A stretch of DNA of 63,552 bases, the filler included, from Octopus bimaculoides (taxonomy: Eukaryota): NCBI RefSeq assembly GCF_001194135.2. It is 6 parts of 6 records of this genome, joined end to end, with 100 filler letters (N's around TTAATTAATTAA, not from the genome) between each part and the next. Parts side by side here need not be neighbours in the genome. Positions count along the whole stretch, not along the records: positions 41,978 to 54,626 come from NC_068990.1; positions 54,727 to 57,001 come from NW_026385859.1; positions 57,102 to 63,552 come from NC_068996.1; 3 more parts are not named here. One strand, written 5' to 3'. The notes beneath the pieces are model-generated. The model worked only from the letters and a program-made list of their open reading frames with translations. It did not search any database and was not told the DNA's origin. Positions 52,535 through 63,552 of the stretch are shown here, in pieces; position 1 is the first letter of the stretch, and each line of letters starts with the position of its first letter. A program made the position numbers and the translations under genes.

Positions 52535-53288
52535 TATATCTCATAATAACATTACTAACGAGCCACTGACGGAGCCTCAGGCTCGCCTCTCAACCTGGTA
52601 GAAGTAGCAACCAAATGCCTTCTAATATCACCCTTTTACAGTATGTAATAATACACTGGACAACGTAGTCTTATATCCTTTTATAAAGGCAGAATGGTTA
52701 CGATAGGAATGCTTTTGATCATAAATATGTTTAATGAGAGTCGATCCAGTGTTAGATAACAGCAACAACAACAACAACAGTTGTGCTATACAAATAACAC
52801 CAACAACAGTGTTGGAATCGTGAGGAATAGAAGCAAGAGAAAATGAATATTAATGAAAAGTTCGAAGAAAATGTTTTGTTCTGATAATTATGGCTAGAAG
52901 ATAGAGCGTATCTGATGGTAGTTAATATAGAACTAACGGAGCTGATAATAGCAGAGATTTATGAAAAGAAAAGATAATATTGATAAACTAATGAACTCAT
53001 ATCCTCACAACAAGTAAAGTCTTGTTTGTAGTCTCTTGTAGCACCAGTGAATTTGTGTCTTGGAGATATCAAGGAAATAATTTGGGCTAAAACCATCTCA
53101 GTGTACTACTGTTGAGACTCAGAACTTGAAGGAAAATCATCAATTTCCATAAAATATGCTAGTTTTAGGTAACACATATTAAGTAAACTAGAAAATAAGT
53201 AAATAAGAGTTAAGTAAATTCATTATTTAACAAATAAAATTGAAAAGGAACACAAAGCAATGTATTTGAAATAGCAACCATAAGAGTT

Positions 53289-53631
53289 AAAGAATATGGC
53301 TTCTAATGAAGTCAGAACGCCTGAAATGGCAAGGAGTAGAACTGTTGATTCTATGGACACAAGCATTTGACTGATACTCTATTTTTAACGACACAGAATG
53401 AATAATAAATAAGGTTGTCCGTTGTAGAATTTGAGCTCAGACGCTCAAAAGTTGGATCAAATATTGTGGATTATATTCTCCGATGCTGCAACGATTCTAA
53501 TTACTCTACGCTTCATAATCCAGAAGATAACAACATTCAAATATAAGTGTGAGATACTCACAATTCCTGCAGCTTCGAGATGGTATTTCAGACAGTGCAA
53601 CAAAGAAGATACTGCTGGGGTGAGCGCACCA

Positions 53632-53671
<40 letters not shown>

Positions 53672-53921
53672 GACGTTTGGAGAATATTGCATTGCATCAG
53701 TATGTTCTTTGTTGCGGGGCTTGGTTTGAGGCTTCTGTTGTATTAGTGCTTGTATTGTGTGTTGAGTGTGTAGCGCTGGTTGTGTTCTGTTGGGTATCGG
53801 GCCTCTATGGCAGAGTAAAAGAATGTGGTTTCTAATGAAGTCAGAACGCTTGAAATGGAAAGGAATAGAATTGTTGATTATATGGACACAAGCATTTGAC
53901 TGGTACTCTGTTTTTAACGAC
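53289..53921 (+). repeat. ~104-bp diverged direct repeat (53289-53392 / 53818-53921)
   Basis: ttctaatgaagtcagaacg...tatggacacaagcatttgactg...tttttaacgac in both copies. Confidence 0.85.
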
Positions 53922-54109
53922 TGTGGGAGTTCTTAATTTTATTGGATATTTACTGTATGAGTTTATTCGTATGTGTTTTTGGGAGTGTTGCATTGTACCA
54001 TGCGTATATCACTTCATTGCAGTCGTCGTCATCTGTCCATCGTTCTTTTGCTTTGTTTTTTTTAATTTTTGGTTTTGTTTTTCGTTTGAGCAATGACTTT
54101 AAGAGATGG

Positions 54110-54500
54110 CTCCACCTTTACAGCGTAAACTTTTTTGACAGAACACCGCTTCTAGACATGTGTTGAAGCTCCTTTCATAGCGTTTTTTCCTGAGCCTTAC
54201 AGGACGAAATTCACCTATGTTTCCAGAAGTAAATTATTCAAACCCCGCAAAATTCCTCTCAACACATGGCTATGATGCTCCCCCACTACTTCTACTCGTG
54301 ATCAGAGATGCACATATCATCAGCCACCAAGAGACATGCTCAACTGGTTAAGGTCAGGCAACTGACAAGCAATTCTGCGATATTGAGCAGAATATTTGCT
54401 GTAGCCCATCTTTTATACCAAGACAAAACAATGTACATGATAACACTTCCATTCAGTTAAGATCAAAAGCCATGAGAGCCACTGCCTGGTACTGCATCAA
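54110..54500 (+). mobile_element. Dispersed repeat family F (second copy 57363-57720, minus)
   Basis: gtgatcagagatgcacatatc..cagccac..aactggttaaggtc..catcttttataccaagacaaaacaatgtacatgataaca matches the rc of 57365-57610. Confidence 0.8.
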
Positions 54501-54505
54501 GACAC

Positions 54506-54622
<117 letters not shown>

Positions 54623-54626
54623 TGTT

Positions 54627-54726
54627 NNNNNNNNNNNNNNNNNNNNNNNNNNNNNNNNNNNNNNNNNNNNTTAATTAATTAANNNNNNNNNNNNNNNNNN
54701 NNNNNNNNNNNNNNNNNNNNNNNNNN
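54627..54726. other. Artificial scaffold linker
   Basis: 44N-TTAATTAATTAA-44N. Confidence 0.95.
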
Positions 54727-54728
54727 GG

Positions 54729-55016
54729 CTATAGAAATGCTTGTGCAAAACAACTTTGTGCGCTGCCCTGATTATACATAGCAGGGTAATTCCTTTTCGC
54801 AGGAGGTAGGATGGCAATTTCTGATGAAGTAATTACTGGCGATCTGTTGCTACACAGTTCTGCCAGAATTCTATCAGATTGGGCAGCAGATGTTGATGCA
54901 CCATTTTGCATTATGTTCAAAGTAGCTTCTGGAATGTGGTGAATTGCTGCAGTCTGATGCTGTCTTTTTAAACCGGTTGCTTTCTTTCCCCAGCAAGCTC
55001 TCTTCTTTGGAGGCAT
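54729..55016 (-). CDS. Unidentified 95-aa ORF, probably a transposon gene N-terminus
   Basis: ATG start, basic MPPKKR NLS-like N-terminus, non-repetitive, immediately downstream of a telomere-like tract; ends at the block edge. Confidence 0.35.
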   Translation of the reverse strand: MPPKKRACWGKKATGLKRQHQTAAIHHIPEATLNIMQNGASTSAAQSDRILAELCSNRSPVITSSEIAILPPAKRNYPAMYNQGSAQSCFAQAFL

Positions 55017-55083
55017 AATCTATGGATATATTAAACAGAACAACAAAAGTTATAATAGATGGCAGGGTCGGTAGTTTTCACAT

Positions 55084-55212
55084 TTCTGTAATTTTTCAGA
55101 TTACCCAACCCTAACACTAACCCTAACCCTGACCCTAAAATCGTAACACTGACCCTAATCCTAACCGTAACCCTAAATCCTAACCTTAACCGTAACCCCA
55201 ACCCTAACACCC
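55084..55212. repeat. Degenerate (TAACCC)n telomere-like tract
   Basis: acccaaccctaacactaaccctaaccctgaccctaaaatcgtaacactgaccctaatcctaaccgtaaccctaaatcctaacc... Confidence 0.85.
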
Positions 55213-56247
55213 TAGTGAAAATCGTGGTATATTTACAAACATTGACGGTATAACTACAGAGTTGTACCCCCCGACTTTGGAAGGTCATAACTTTCAGAAA
55301 AATGAATGTTTTTTAATGAAATTTTCGATGCATATATTATTTATTATGTAGATCCCGAATATACAAAAATTTTCGGTGAAAGTGTTTTGGGAGGGGGTGG
55401 GGGACAATTTTCGGAAATTCCACTTAAATTCCTCTTAACTTCCAGGAAAATGAATATCTTTTCGTAAAATTTTCTACAAATATACCTTGATGTATGTACA
55501 TTTCGAGCATGAATTTTGAAGGAAACAACTGCAGGTTANNNNNNNNNNNNNNNNNNNNNNNNNNNNNNNNNNNNNNNNNNNNNNNNNNNNNNNNNNNNNN
55601 NNNNNNNNNNNNNNNNNNNNNNNNNNNNNNNNNNNNNNNNNNNNNNNNNNNNNNNNNNNNNNNNNNNNNNNNNNNNNNNNNNNNNNNNNNNNNNNNNNNN
55701 NNNNNNNNNNNNNNNNNNNNNNNNNNNNNNNNNNNNNNNNNNNNNNNNNNNNNNNNNNNNNNNNNNNNNNNNNNNNNNNNNNNNNNNNNNNNNNNNNNNN
55801 NNNNNNNNNNNNNNNNNNNNNNNNNNNNNNNNNNNNNNNNNNNNNNNNNNNNNNNNNNNNNNNNNNNNNNNNNNNNNNNNNNNAGCAAAATTAGGAATAT
55901 ACACGCACGGTTAAATATAGAAACTATAAAGGGCAGACTCGGCGGAGTCACCCTGTCCCTTCCCCAAGAATTTTAAAATGTTAACTTTCCGAAACTTTTT
56001 TTTCAATCTTGCAAAAACACGAAGATTAAGAATAAACTGAGAAAAAGTACACAAATATATTTTACATACCTGTCGTATACGTCGGTTTTGTTTTTTTTCA
56101 CTTTAAAGGTGGATTAATCCCAACAAAATAACATAAGTTTAGTCACTGTTTCAGTACGTGTTTGTGTTCTTCATTGATCTTATGTGAAATCTTGTATTAG
56201 TTAAGAATGTTTGTTTAAAAAAAAACGTATGTTATGTGTATATGTAT

Positions 56248-56961
56248 TTAAAATGTGTATTGCACAGCAATTTGAGCAAAGACGTGCTCAAACTGTCTAG
56301 TAGAGTACCTCTTCCGCCACATGAATTCTATTAAATACGTGGGAAACAACTTGGATGAGGTACCATAAAGTTGCCGATATTTGCGTTTAGCATGCACCCA
56401 CATTCCTTCTACATGATTTGTGTGTACACCTGTGGCTTCATCAACAAATGAAACTGAGTGGTTTACCGTTAAATTCAGGAACCCTTGCTGCTGCAAATTA
56501 CAATAACGTGCCCCTTCATCTGTGAAAATGATGCTCCATGGACGGACATGTTGCCGGATAATGGATTCCAAGGAATCCATGGACCGGCTATTATCCGGGC
56601 ATATAGATAAGAAGCAATTGGTGGGATTGTCCAATTCAACTCCACCCAACACCCAAGTGCCGTCGTAGTGCGCACCCCGCCGATACTTTCGGTGCATAGA
56701 TTTAGACTCATCGATGGCAACCACGACATCGGGGCCACCAATCATTAATGGATCATCAATTAGGTGTTGTGCCAGAATATTTCGGCAGAAATTGGCCCAA
56801 TCCACCACAGTGGACCAACTCGCAATTTTTAGCTCATGCATAATTTTCTGCAAGGGTTTATAAGAGTTGGATGAGATATGATGGCATGGCCATCTCTCCC
56901 CAGCTCTTATATTATTTATTAAATTCAGAAATACAACAAACACGAGGGTCAACGGTAACAA
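56248..56961 (-). mobile_element. Merlin (IS1016/IS1595-like) DDE transposase, catalytic half
   Basis: [17 protein letters not shown] (D1), RKYRRG, WVLGGVE, IIFTD (D2), [22 protein letters not shown] (E), [10 protein letters not shown]; 5' part cut by the linker or an intron. Confidence 0.92.
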
Positions 56962-57001
56962 CAGATCAATAATTTATTCCTGGTTGGTGTAGAGCCGTTT
57001 G

Positions 57002-57101
57002 NNNNNNNNNNNNNNNNNNNNNNNNNNNNNNNNNNNNNNNNNNNNTTAATTAATTAANNNNNNNNNNNNNNNNNNNNNNNNNNNNNNNNNNNNNNNNNNN
57101 N
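57002..57101. other. Artificial scaffold linker
   Basis: 44N-TTAATTAATTAA-44N. Confidence 0.95.
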
Positions 57102-57362
57102 TGGGGCGAAATAACAACTAGCGTGGTCACTCTCACCCGGCAATGGGCCGAGAGGAAGCTATCCCTAAAAGGTCGGGTGGAGGTGGCGAACGCGTACATT
57201 GCATCCGTCATCGAATAACGTCTGACTGTCGTGCCTTGTCCCGACCCTACCATCACCAAACTGGAACGCATACTCTTCCGCTTCTTGTGGAAGGGAAGCG
57301 TTCCGATGGTTAGGCGATCCATTTGCTGTCAACAGCCGCTACATGGAGGGCTGGGTATGCCG
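57102..57362 (+). mobile_element. L1/Tx1-clade LINE ORF2 remnant (post-RT region)
   Basis: WAERKLSLKGRVEVANAYIASVIE*RLTVVPCP...LERILFRFLWKGSVPMVRRSICCQQPLHGGLGMP matches the L1/Tx1 pattern W....LS..GR....N...S..........P.....L....F.FLW.G...V.......P...GGLG.P. Confidence 0.85.
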
Positions 57363-58083
57363 CTTTTGATCTTAACTCATTGGAAATGTTATCATGTACA
57401 TTGTTTTGTCTTGGTATAAAAGATGGCCTTCAGCAAATATTCTCCTCAATACCACAGATTTGTTTGTCAGTTGTTTGACCTTAACCAGTTGAGCACATCC
57501 CTTAGTGGCTGACGATATGTGCATCTCTGATCACGAGCAGATGTAGTGGGAGAGCATCATAGCCATGTACTGAGAGGAATTCTTTGGGGTTTGAATAATT
57601 CACCTCTACAAACGTGGGTGTTTTGTTCATCATCCTTAAACAACCATTCTTCAGGGACTTTTTGAGCAGGATGGACCACTCAGCAAATTCTAACTAGGCC
57701 CCCACCTGCAAGGTCATGCGCTGTTTGTCTTGATACGAGATCACAATGTCGCGCATATATCGTTTTTATGCATGTGCCCGATGAACCCTTCTCAGGTGGG
57801 TAGTCATGAGTATATTGGGCTTCCTCCTCAATGTCACGTCACTTTGATGGCATGCGCTGCTCCATCACTCAATAATAATAATAATAATAAGGATTATTAC
57901 GAAGCAGCATTAACATTACATGTAATTCATTTATATATATAAATACAGTTTCCAATAGACCTACACATGTTTCTACTACATCGATATCGATTAGTAACCG
58001 TTGCAATTACAACCTTACTAGGTGCAGTCTCTGCAGAGTCTTTACTTTAATATATATATATATATATAAGATATTCACACATG

Positions 58084-58162
<79 letters not shown>

Positions 58163-58301
58163 NNNNNNNNNNNNNNNNNNNNNNNNNNNNNNNNNNNNNN
58201 NNNNNNNNNNNNNNNNNNNNNNNNNNNNNNNNNNNNNNNNNNNNNNNNNNNNNNNNNNNNNNNNNNNNNNNNNNNNNNNNNNNNNNNNNNNNNNNNNNNN
58301 N

Positions 58302-58339
<38 letters not shown>

Positions 58340-58343
<4 letters not shown>

Positions 58344-58830
58344 GTGAATTCAAACAAAGAAGAACAAACAAGAAAAAAACAGCAACGCGAGGATGTGATA
58401 CAAGTACTGTATTATTAGACGCACAGGAAAGGAAAGAAAGAAGATTTTACGCTTCGAGCAAAGATCTTCAGAAATAGAGCAAAGTCCAAAAGAAGGGAAG
58501 ACGGAGGAAGAAAATCGCCAATGATACACACGTGGTTACATTATATATATATATGGTCCAGCTTCCTAGGGCTAAATAGCAGCAGTATGATTCCCTTATT
58601 GGGACTGCCACATTAAGTTGACAGTATACAACTGCTTTATGGTAACACTGCTGCTTAAGTCTTTCTGTGAGATTTATAATTAGATTATTTTTAATTTTTG
58701 TAATCAGTGAATGTGTTTTAACTAGAAATATATATGATTTTGAGAGATTGACAGGCATCTTCAGCCAGCTGGTTGTACTACTTCAGGCTGATGACGAGCA
58801 AAGACTCAGAAACATGTCCCTGAATGCATA
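58340..58830. mobile_element. Microsatellite-flanked non-coding repeat carrying hammerhead motifs
   Basis: 58340-58540 is loosely related to the rc of 6160-6345; eroded hammerhead at 58444-58475 (minus) and intact-core hammerhead at 58782-58824 (plus). Confidence 0.5.
58782..58824 (+). ncRNA. Candidate minimal type I hammerhead ribozyme
   Basis: UUCAGG-CUGAUGA-cGAGcaaagaCUCa-GAAA-CAUG-UC-CCUGAA: perfect 6-bp stem I, full core, GUC cleavage triplet, palindromic stem III (ACAUGU). Confidence 0.7.
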
Positions 58831-59062
58831 CACATCCATGCGAATGCATACGGTGAGCAGATGCATATGCGCAGTCACGCATATACGCGCGCGAACATAT
58901 ACTCGTGTGGTCGTGCACAAGGGGTAATGTACAAAGGCTGAGAGTATGCTGGTAGACAGGCATGGAACCCCAACATTTCGCCTGGGGGCTAATTTGTGAC
59001 GGTGACCTTGGTGCAGGCGGTGCTAGGCGTGGCTGATACTAGAGAGGTATGTCGGCGGCCAG

Positions 59063-59440
59063 TGGTTTGAAATTTTTCAGAAGGGTATACAGCTGGTGAC
59101 AGCAATACTATACCTCATATTTCTTGTTGATGGATACTGTGGGTTAGTAGATCATATGCAGTTTTTCGCGGAGGCACAGCTAGCAATTAGAGGCACCGGG
59201 TGAATATGGTGGCGCCCTGTCGATAATAGTCCACTTGAAGCTGGGTGTTTCGTCTCGGAGATCATGAAAAAGAAAGCGGGACAGGGTAGTGAAGTTTTCT
59301 CTGTCCCTGAATCCAAATGAATGCAAGAGCTGGGAACATTTTCCCTTGAAGTCATTGGCTGTCATACCCATATAGTGCCTAGTAATGCCATCGCATGGTG
59401 TAAGGGTGGATCTGTATACTACAGTCCTCGAGTAAACGTA
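59063..59440 (-). mobile_element. Penelope-like element C-terminus (GIY-YIG endonuclease remnant)
   Basis: VVYRSTLT..DGITRHYMGMTANDFK...HSF..RDRENFTTLSRF...FKWTIIDRAPPYSPGASNC*LCLREKLHMI...INKKYEV..CCHQ...LLKNFK, the PLE EN pattern VVY..Y.G.T...FK.R...H..SF...T.LS..W.I...A.PY.....C.LCL.EK..I...LN...E....CRH. Confidence 0.85.
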
Positions 59441-59510
59441 GTAAACATGGGTTCTCTTCAATCGAACTCTCATTTTGATAGATTATTACCATGTAGGATT
59501 TCATCATGAA

Positions 59511-59625
59511 GGAAACCATCCTGATGAGGGTTAGGGTTAGGGCATTATGTTTTTGTATTTGGAATACTTAAAACGCCATTTATACATTTATTGTACCCCT
59601 GAAACGGCCGTAGATAATATCCTTT
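59511..59625 (+). ncRNA. Candidate hammerhead with a telomere-repeat-containing loop II
   Basis: ggaaaccauc-CUGAUGA-gggu[uaggguuaggg..~60 nt]accccu-GAAA-CGGCCG-UA-gauaauaucc; palindromic stem III, interrupted stem I. Confidence 0.4.
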
Positions 59626-62298
59626 ACTCGAATTCACCCGAATCTGTATATATTTATTTTATCTACTTATTTATCTATCTATTTACCCCTGAATTTTTAA
59701 ATTTTGAACTCTCATCCGACATTTCGTATAAACATCAAATTCTTAATCGATTCGAATAGTTCCTTTTGGAAGCCATTACCTCGAATTTTTATCTCTTTAT
59801 TTGTTACTTCTCGCGTAACTTTGAGTTCGTTTTGTACTGCTTTTATCAATAGCTACCAACTGTTTTGACATATGGTAAAAAATTTAAAAAATGATAAATG
59901 GTAGTGTCAATAATTTCGTTATAAGCAAAATAACTGGTGTGTGTATATGTAAATAGAAGGATTAACGAAGAATCTTGCTTCTCATAATATAGAAACATTT
60001 CTCATGGCACCTGCTGAAAACATGGAAAAAGCGTTGCTCCGGAGGATGGTAAAATATCATGCTGTTGAAGAGTTTTACAATAGAGTTGAACTGAAAGTGT
60101 TGTTTTTAACTATTGATGTATCACACTGATATCCTTACAGAGAAAAGGTTTAATCAATTTGGTAGAACTTGCTTAAAGATCCTACAGACAAATCAGATGG
60201 CTTTGGTCGGCAAGCAGGTTTCTAATATATAAAAATGTGGTTTGAAGTAAAGGAGCAACAGCAGACAAAAGCAGCTCACCCGTAAGCTGAAGTTATAATG
60301 GGATGGCGAGAATAATATTTTCAATTAGTTAAATCTTGTTTATTTAGATACAGCTTAAGATGCCCGTGTACAGTAGAAACAACATCTGTGTATAAAGGGT
60401 AATAATTTAATGGCCTTCAATAAAAGATAACTGTGTTTTATTGAGGGTTGTGTAGTTTGGTAATGTAAATTTGTTAGCTAGGAATGTTGTTGCGATAAGA
60501 GAGGAAGGGTAGCAGAGATGTCCATTGTCGAGTGTCTACCGGCATTTAGTTTCACCCCTTCTACGTTCCAATTTCAAATTCCACAGGCATATGGAATTTG
60601 TTCCTTATCTGTTCAAGAGTGGAAAAATATTAAGTACCCTTTGTAACATGAAGTCGACAGAGATCGTTTATATTCAGCCACACTTAACAAAAATATCACT
60701 AGCGCCAAATCGAAATAAATCAATATTATCTGCAGTAGATTGACGTAGTTTCCAGGAGGTGGGTATTAATTTCTTAATTCCTTAAAATTCCTGAATTCAG
60801 AGCCAACTCCAGACTTTACGAGTCACTTTATGGATTTGATTACATTTATTTAAAGTATTCTATGGATAGATTCAGGTCTCTTCTCTATTTCATGACATGT
60901 AACAGCTTGTAGGCCAATGGCTCATGCTTAACGTAACTACACTTACAAAGTTCATTCGCACCAGTTTTGAGTTTCATATTTAATAATATAAAGAGAATGT
61001 CCAAAATACTGTAATATTGAATATGTTGTATTCACGCTAAACCTCACCATAAATTCCTTGTTTTACTTGTGATGAATCGATCAATATTCTTTATGATCAA
61101 TCTGATGTCATTGTTCTATATAAACTGCACGGACAGTTTGCTTATGAACTAGTAATAGGCTGCTGCAGGCGTGGTATTTAATTGGTTATACCAGTTCTTG
61201 GTGTTATTCAATCAACTACGTGATCTGAATAAGCAAAGTAAGTATACTAGAGAATTCTAAACACTGAATTCACAATTTAGCAATGCACAACAAAAAATGT
61301 GAAATATCAGCATTAAATGTCATGCGTGTATGTTTGTATGTATGTATGTATGTATGTATGTATATGTACGTATACAATATATATATGTATATATATATTC
61401 ATACATACACACGCATATATATGTATATATACATATATGTATATGTATATATGTATATGTATATATGTATATGTATATATGTATATGTATATATGTATAT
61501 ATAATATGTATACATCCATCCATCCATCCACACCCATATACTTATGTATGTATACACACACACACACTCTCAGACTCACATAAACACACATATCTATACA
61601 CACGCATATATATACGCCTCTCTCTGTATAACCAGAAATTGTGATCTTCGTATTTCGGGAAAACATGGGATATATGGTTAATATCAATTATGTCTTGAAC
61701 AGGCAGCTAAGAGCCGATATTTTATCGTCGTCATGGATCTAATAAGTTCGTTGAAATATTTTAAAACGCCCGAGAGTGGAACGATGGAAACTCTTCTATA
61801 ACACTGTTACAAGCTCGAAACCAATCGATTCCAGTCGGTTCCGGTTGGTTTGTTAACTTCATCTTATATTCAATGCACTGTTGACAAAAACTGAAATGTG
61901 TTTTTGAAATATTTCAAAATGCCTTGAAGATAAACGGCAGGTTGCTTCGTACTACATTGTTACAGATTTTTTTTCTGTTTTGTGCGTCTCATATTTAATG
62001 GTTTATATTTAATATATTAATATAAGATTGCTTGGTATCAGTAAAACGGGGAACTCTGAGTTGCAATGTTTTTACTCAGGTAGACTCTCCTCGCCGTGCG
62101 ACGTTTAAAAAATCCTATTATATTTCTATACTCAAATACTATAAAGAATTGTATATTTTGTTCATTGTAGAAGTATAACAAATTTATTGCACATAAATTT
62201 AAAAAATAAATTCTTATATGGACCCCAAAGAACTATATGGATTCCACTTGAAGACTACTGGCTTGTGCAATTTCTTACTATATATTTATATACACGTA

Positions 62299-62336
62299 GG
62301 CGCAGGAGTGGCTGTGTGGAAAGTAGCTTGCTTACC
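62299..62336 (+). mobile_element. SINE family B head, split by insertion (resumes 63532-63552)
   Basis: ggcgcaggagtggctgtgtggaaagtagcttgcttacc ... aaagtagcttgcttaccaacc. Confidence 0.85.
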
Positions 62337-63531
62337 CTTGACTTCCAGTCTTGCGCGTTGGTGTTACTTCCTGTGAACCTGAAGAACTGTGTGGACGTGC
62401 GTCGTTCGACGCCTATTGTTGTATATATTTTTTCATAGTACATTTCGCCCAGCTCTGGGGCAATTTCGCCTGCCTACGGCGACTATAGTTGTTGCTCGCT
62501 TTGCGAGTCAAATCTGTGTTCCTCGTTCGTCGTTGTTGATGGACGTGCCACCACAGCGACGGAGGGGAAAAATTTCTTCGTGAAATTTGGTGTGACATTT
62601 TTTGCCAATTTAATTCTACATGTGGATTTACCATTACGGAGAAGGTGAACTTTTGAATTGTTTCAATTATCATGAAATTTGGTGTGGCATTTTTTTGCCA
62701 AATTTGAACATTCTCTGTGGATTTACCCTGCATTGTGGAGTGTGTCAAGAAGAGAACTCAGACAGCTGGAGTACCAGTCGAAGTGAACTTTTTTGTTCAG
62801 AAAATAGGAGTCCCTGCCGGAACATATTTTTTTTCTCATTTTATTTATTTCTTCTTCTAATTTTGGTTTTCCTTTTGTTCTTTTTTCCTTTTCTTTTTCT
62901 CTTTTCTCATTTCTTCTTTCTTATTTTTTCTTTTATACGAACTGTGTTTATTTTCCTTTGAACTTTTTGAACTTTTGAACTTTTTTTAAAAACATGGCAA
63001 AGGAACGGAGCGCTGCCCTGGAGTGGGAATTGTGCCCACCCAGGCAGTGGTTGGATAATATGGAGAAGATGGCAGTGGTCTTGCGGACCTATTGTAGGTC
63101 GCGCAATACCATTGCCCTCTTCAACAAAGAGGTTGTTGAAAGAGAGCTGGCAATTTGTTTGCCAGCGAAGACATTTTTTGTCTCGAGGGGGGTCAAGTTC
63201 GCAACTGTGTAGTTGTTGTTCGACTCCCCTGAGGAAGCTGCTAATGTGGAGTGATGAAAATTGTGAATTTTTGATATATTGAAATTGTGTAAAAATTGTA
63301 ATATTGATAGTGTAAGAGGTTTGCAACCTCATAAGTGTTTTTTAAAGGGGGGAAAGAAAAGAACAATGTTTTCGAGGGGGTTATCAGTCGGCGGGCGCCT
63401 CTCTCATTATTTGTTTCATCCTTATCACCCTCATTTCATTAATGTCCATGTCCATCCCACAGCTACTTTATGTTTGTCTGTCTTTGTTTGTCCCCTCTAT
63501 GTAACGCCACTAATGGCGAATTTATTGAAAT
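62337..63531 (+). mobile_element. Internally deleted LINE-like element (5' UTR + ORF1 start + 3' UTR), 1195 bp
   Basis: 17-bp TSD aaagtagcttgcttacc (62320-62336, 63532-63548); CpG-rich 5' region, T-rich tract, ORF from ATG 62994 running through one stop into LLFDSPEEAA (RRM-like); 3' end shared with SINE family A. Confidence 0.75.
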
Positions 63532-63552
63532 AAAGTAGCTTGCTTACCAACC

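Noticed and set aside
54727-59625. Merlin + Tx1 + Penelope cluster read as one composite element
   Set aside because: A synthetic linker at 57002-57101 separates Merlin from the rest, and the elements have independent boundaries

Overview
AT-rich, microsatellite-saturated animal genomic DNA. It is most likely octopus (cephalopod), judged from SINE families I recognise; this was not database-checked. Five artificial 100-nt linkers (44 N + TTAATTAATTAA + 44 N) split the window into six blocks (1-10110, 10211-18820, 18921-41877, 41978-54626, 54727-57001, 57102-63552), and adjacency across them may not be biological. I found no intact host protein-coding gene, tRNA or rRNA, and almost all ORFs in the track are artefacts of microsatellites or N runs. 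The window is a transposon graveyard. It holds several tRNA-derived SINE families (labelled A-D here), mariner, two hAT/Buster fossils and a hAT MITE, a Merlin transposase and a Merlin-type MITE, CR1-like and L1/Tx1-like LINE fragments, and three separate Penelope-like element (PLE) fragments (N-terminus, RT, GIY-YIG). Three things stand out. (1) An internally deleted LINE-like element (62337-63531, 17-bp TSD) shares its 3' tail and stem-loop with SINE family A; both insert into SINE family B, and family A does so twice at the same site. (2) Three candidate hammerhead ribozymes have intact catalytic cores (41289-41349 minus, 58782-58824 plus, 59511-59625 plus), alongside several eroded relics. 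(3) Telomere-like TTAGGG tracts sit inside DNA-transposon-like elements and inside one hammerhead loop.
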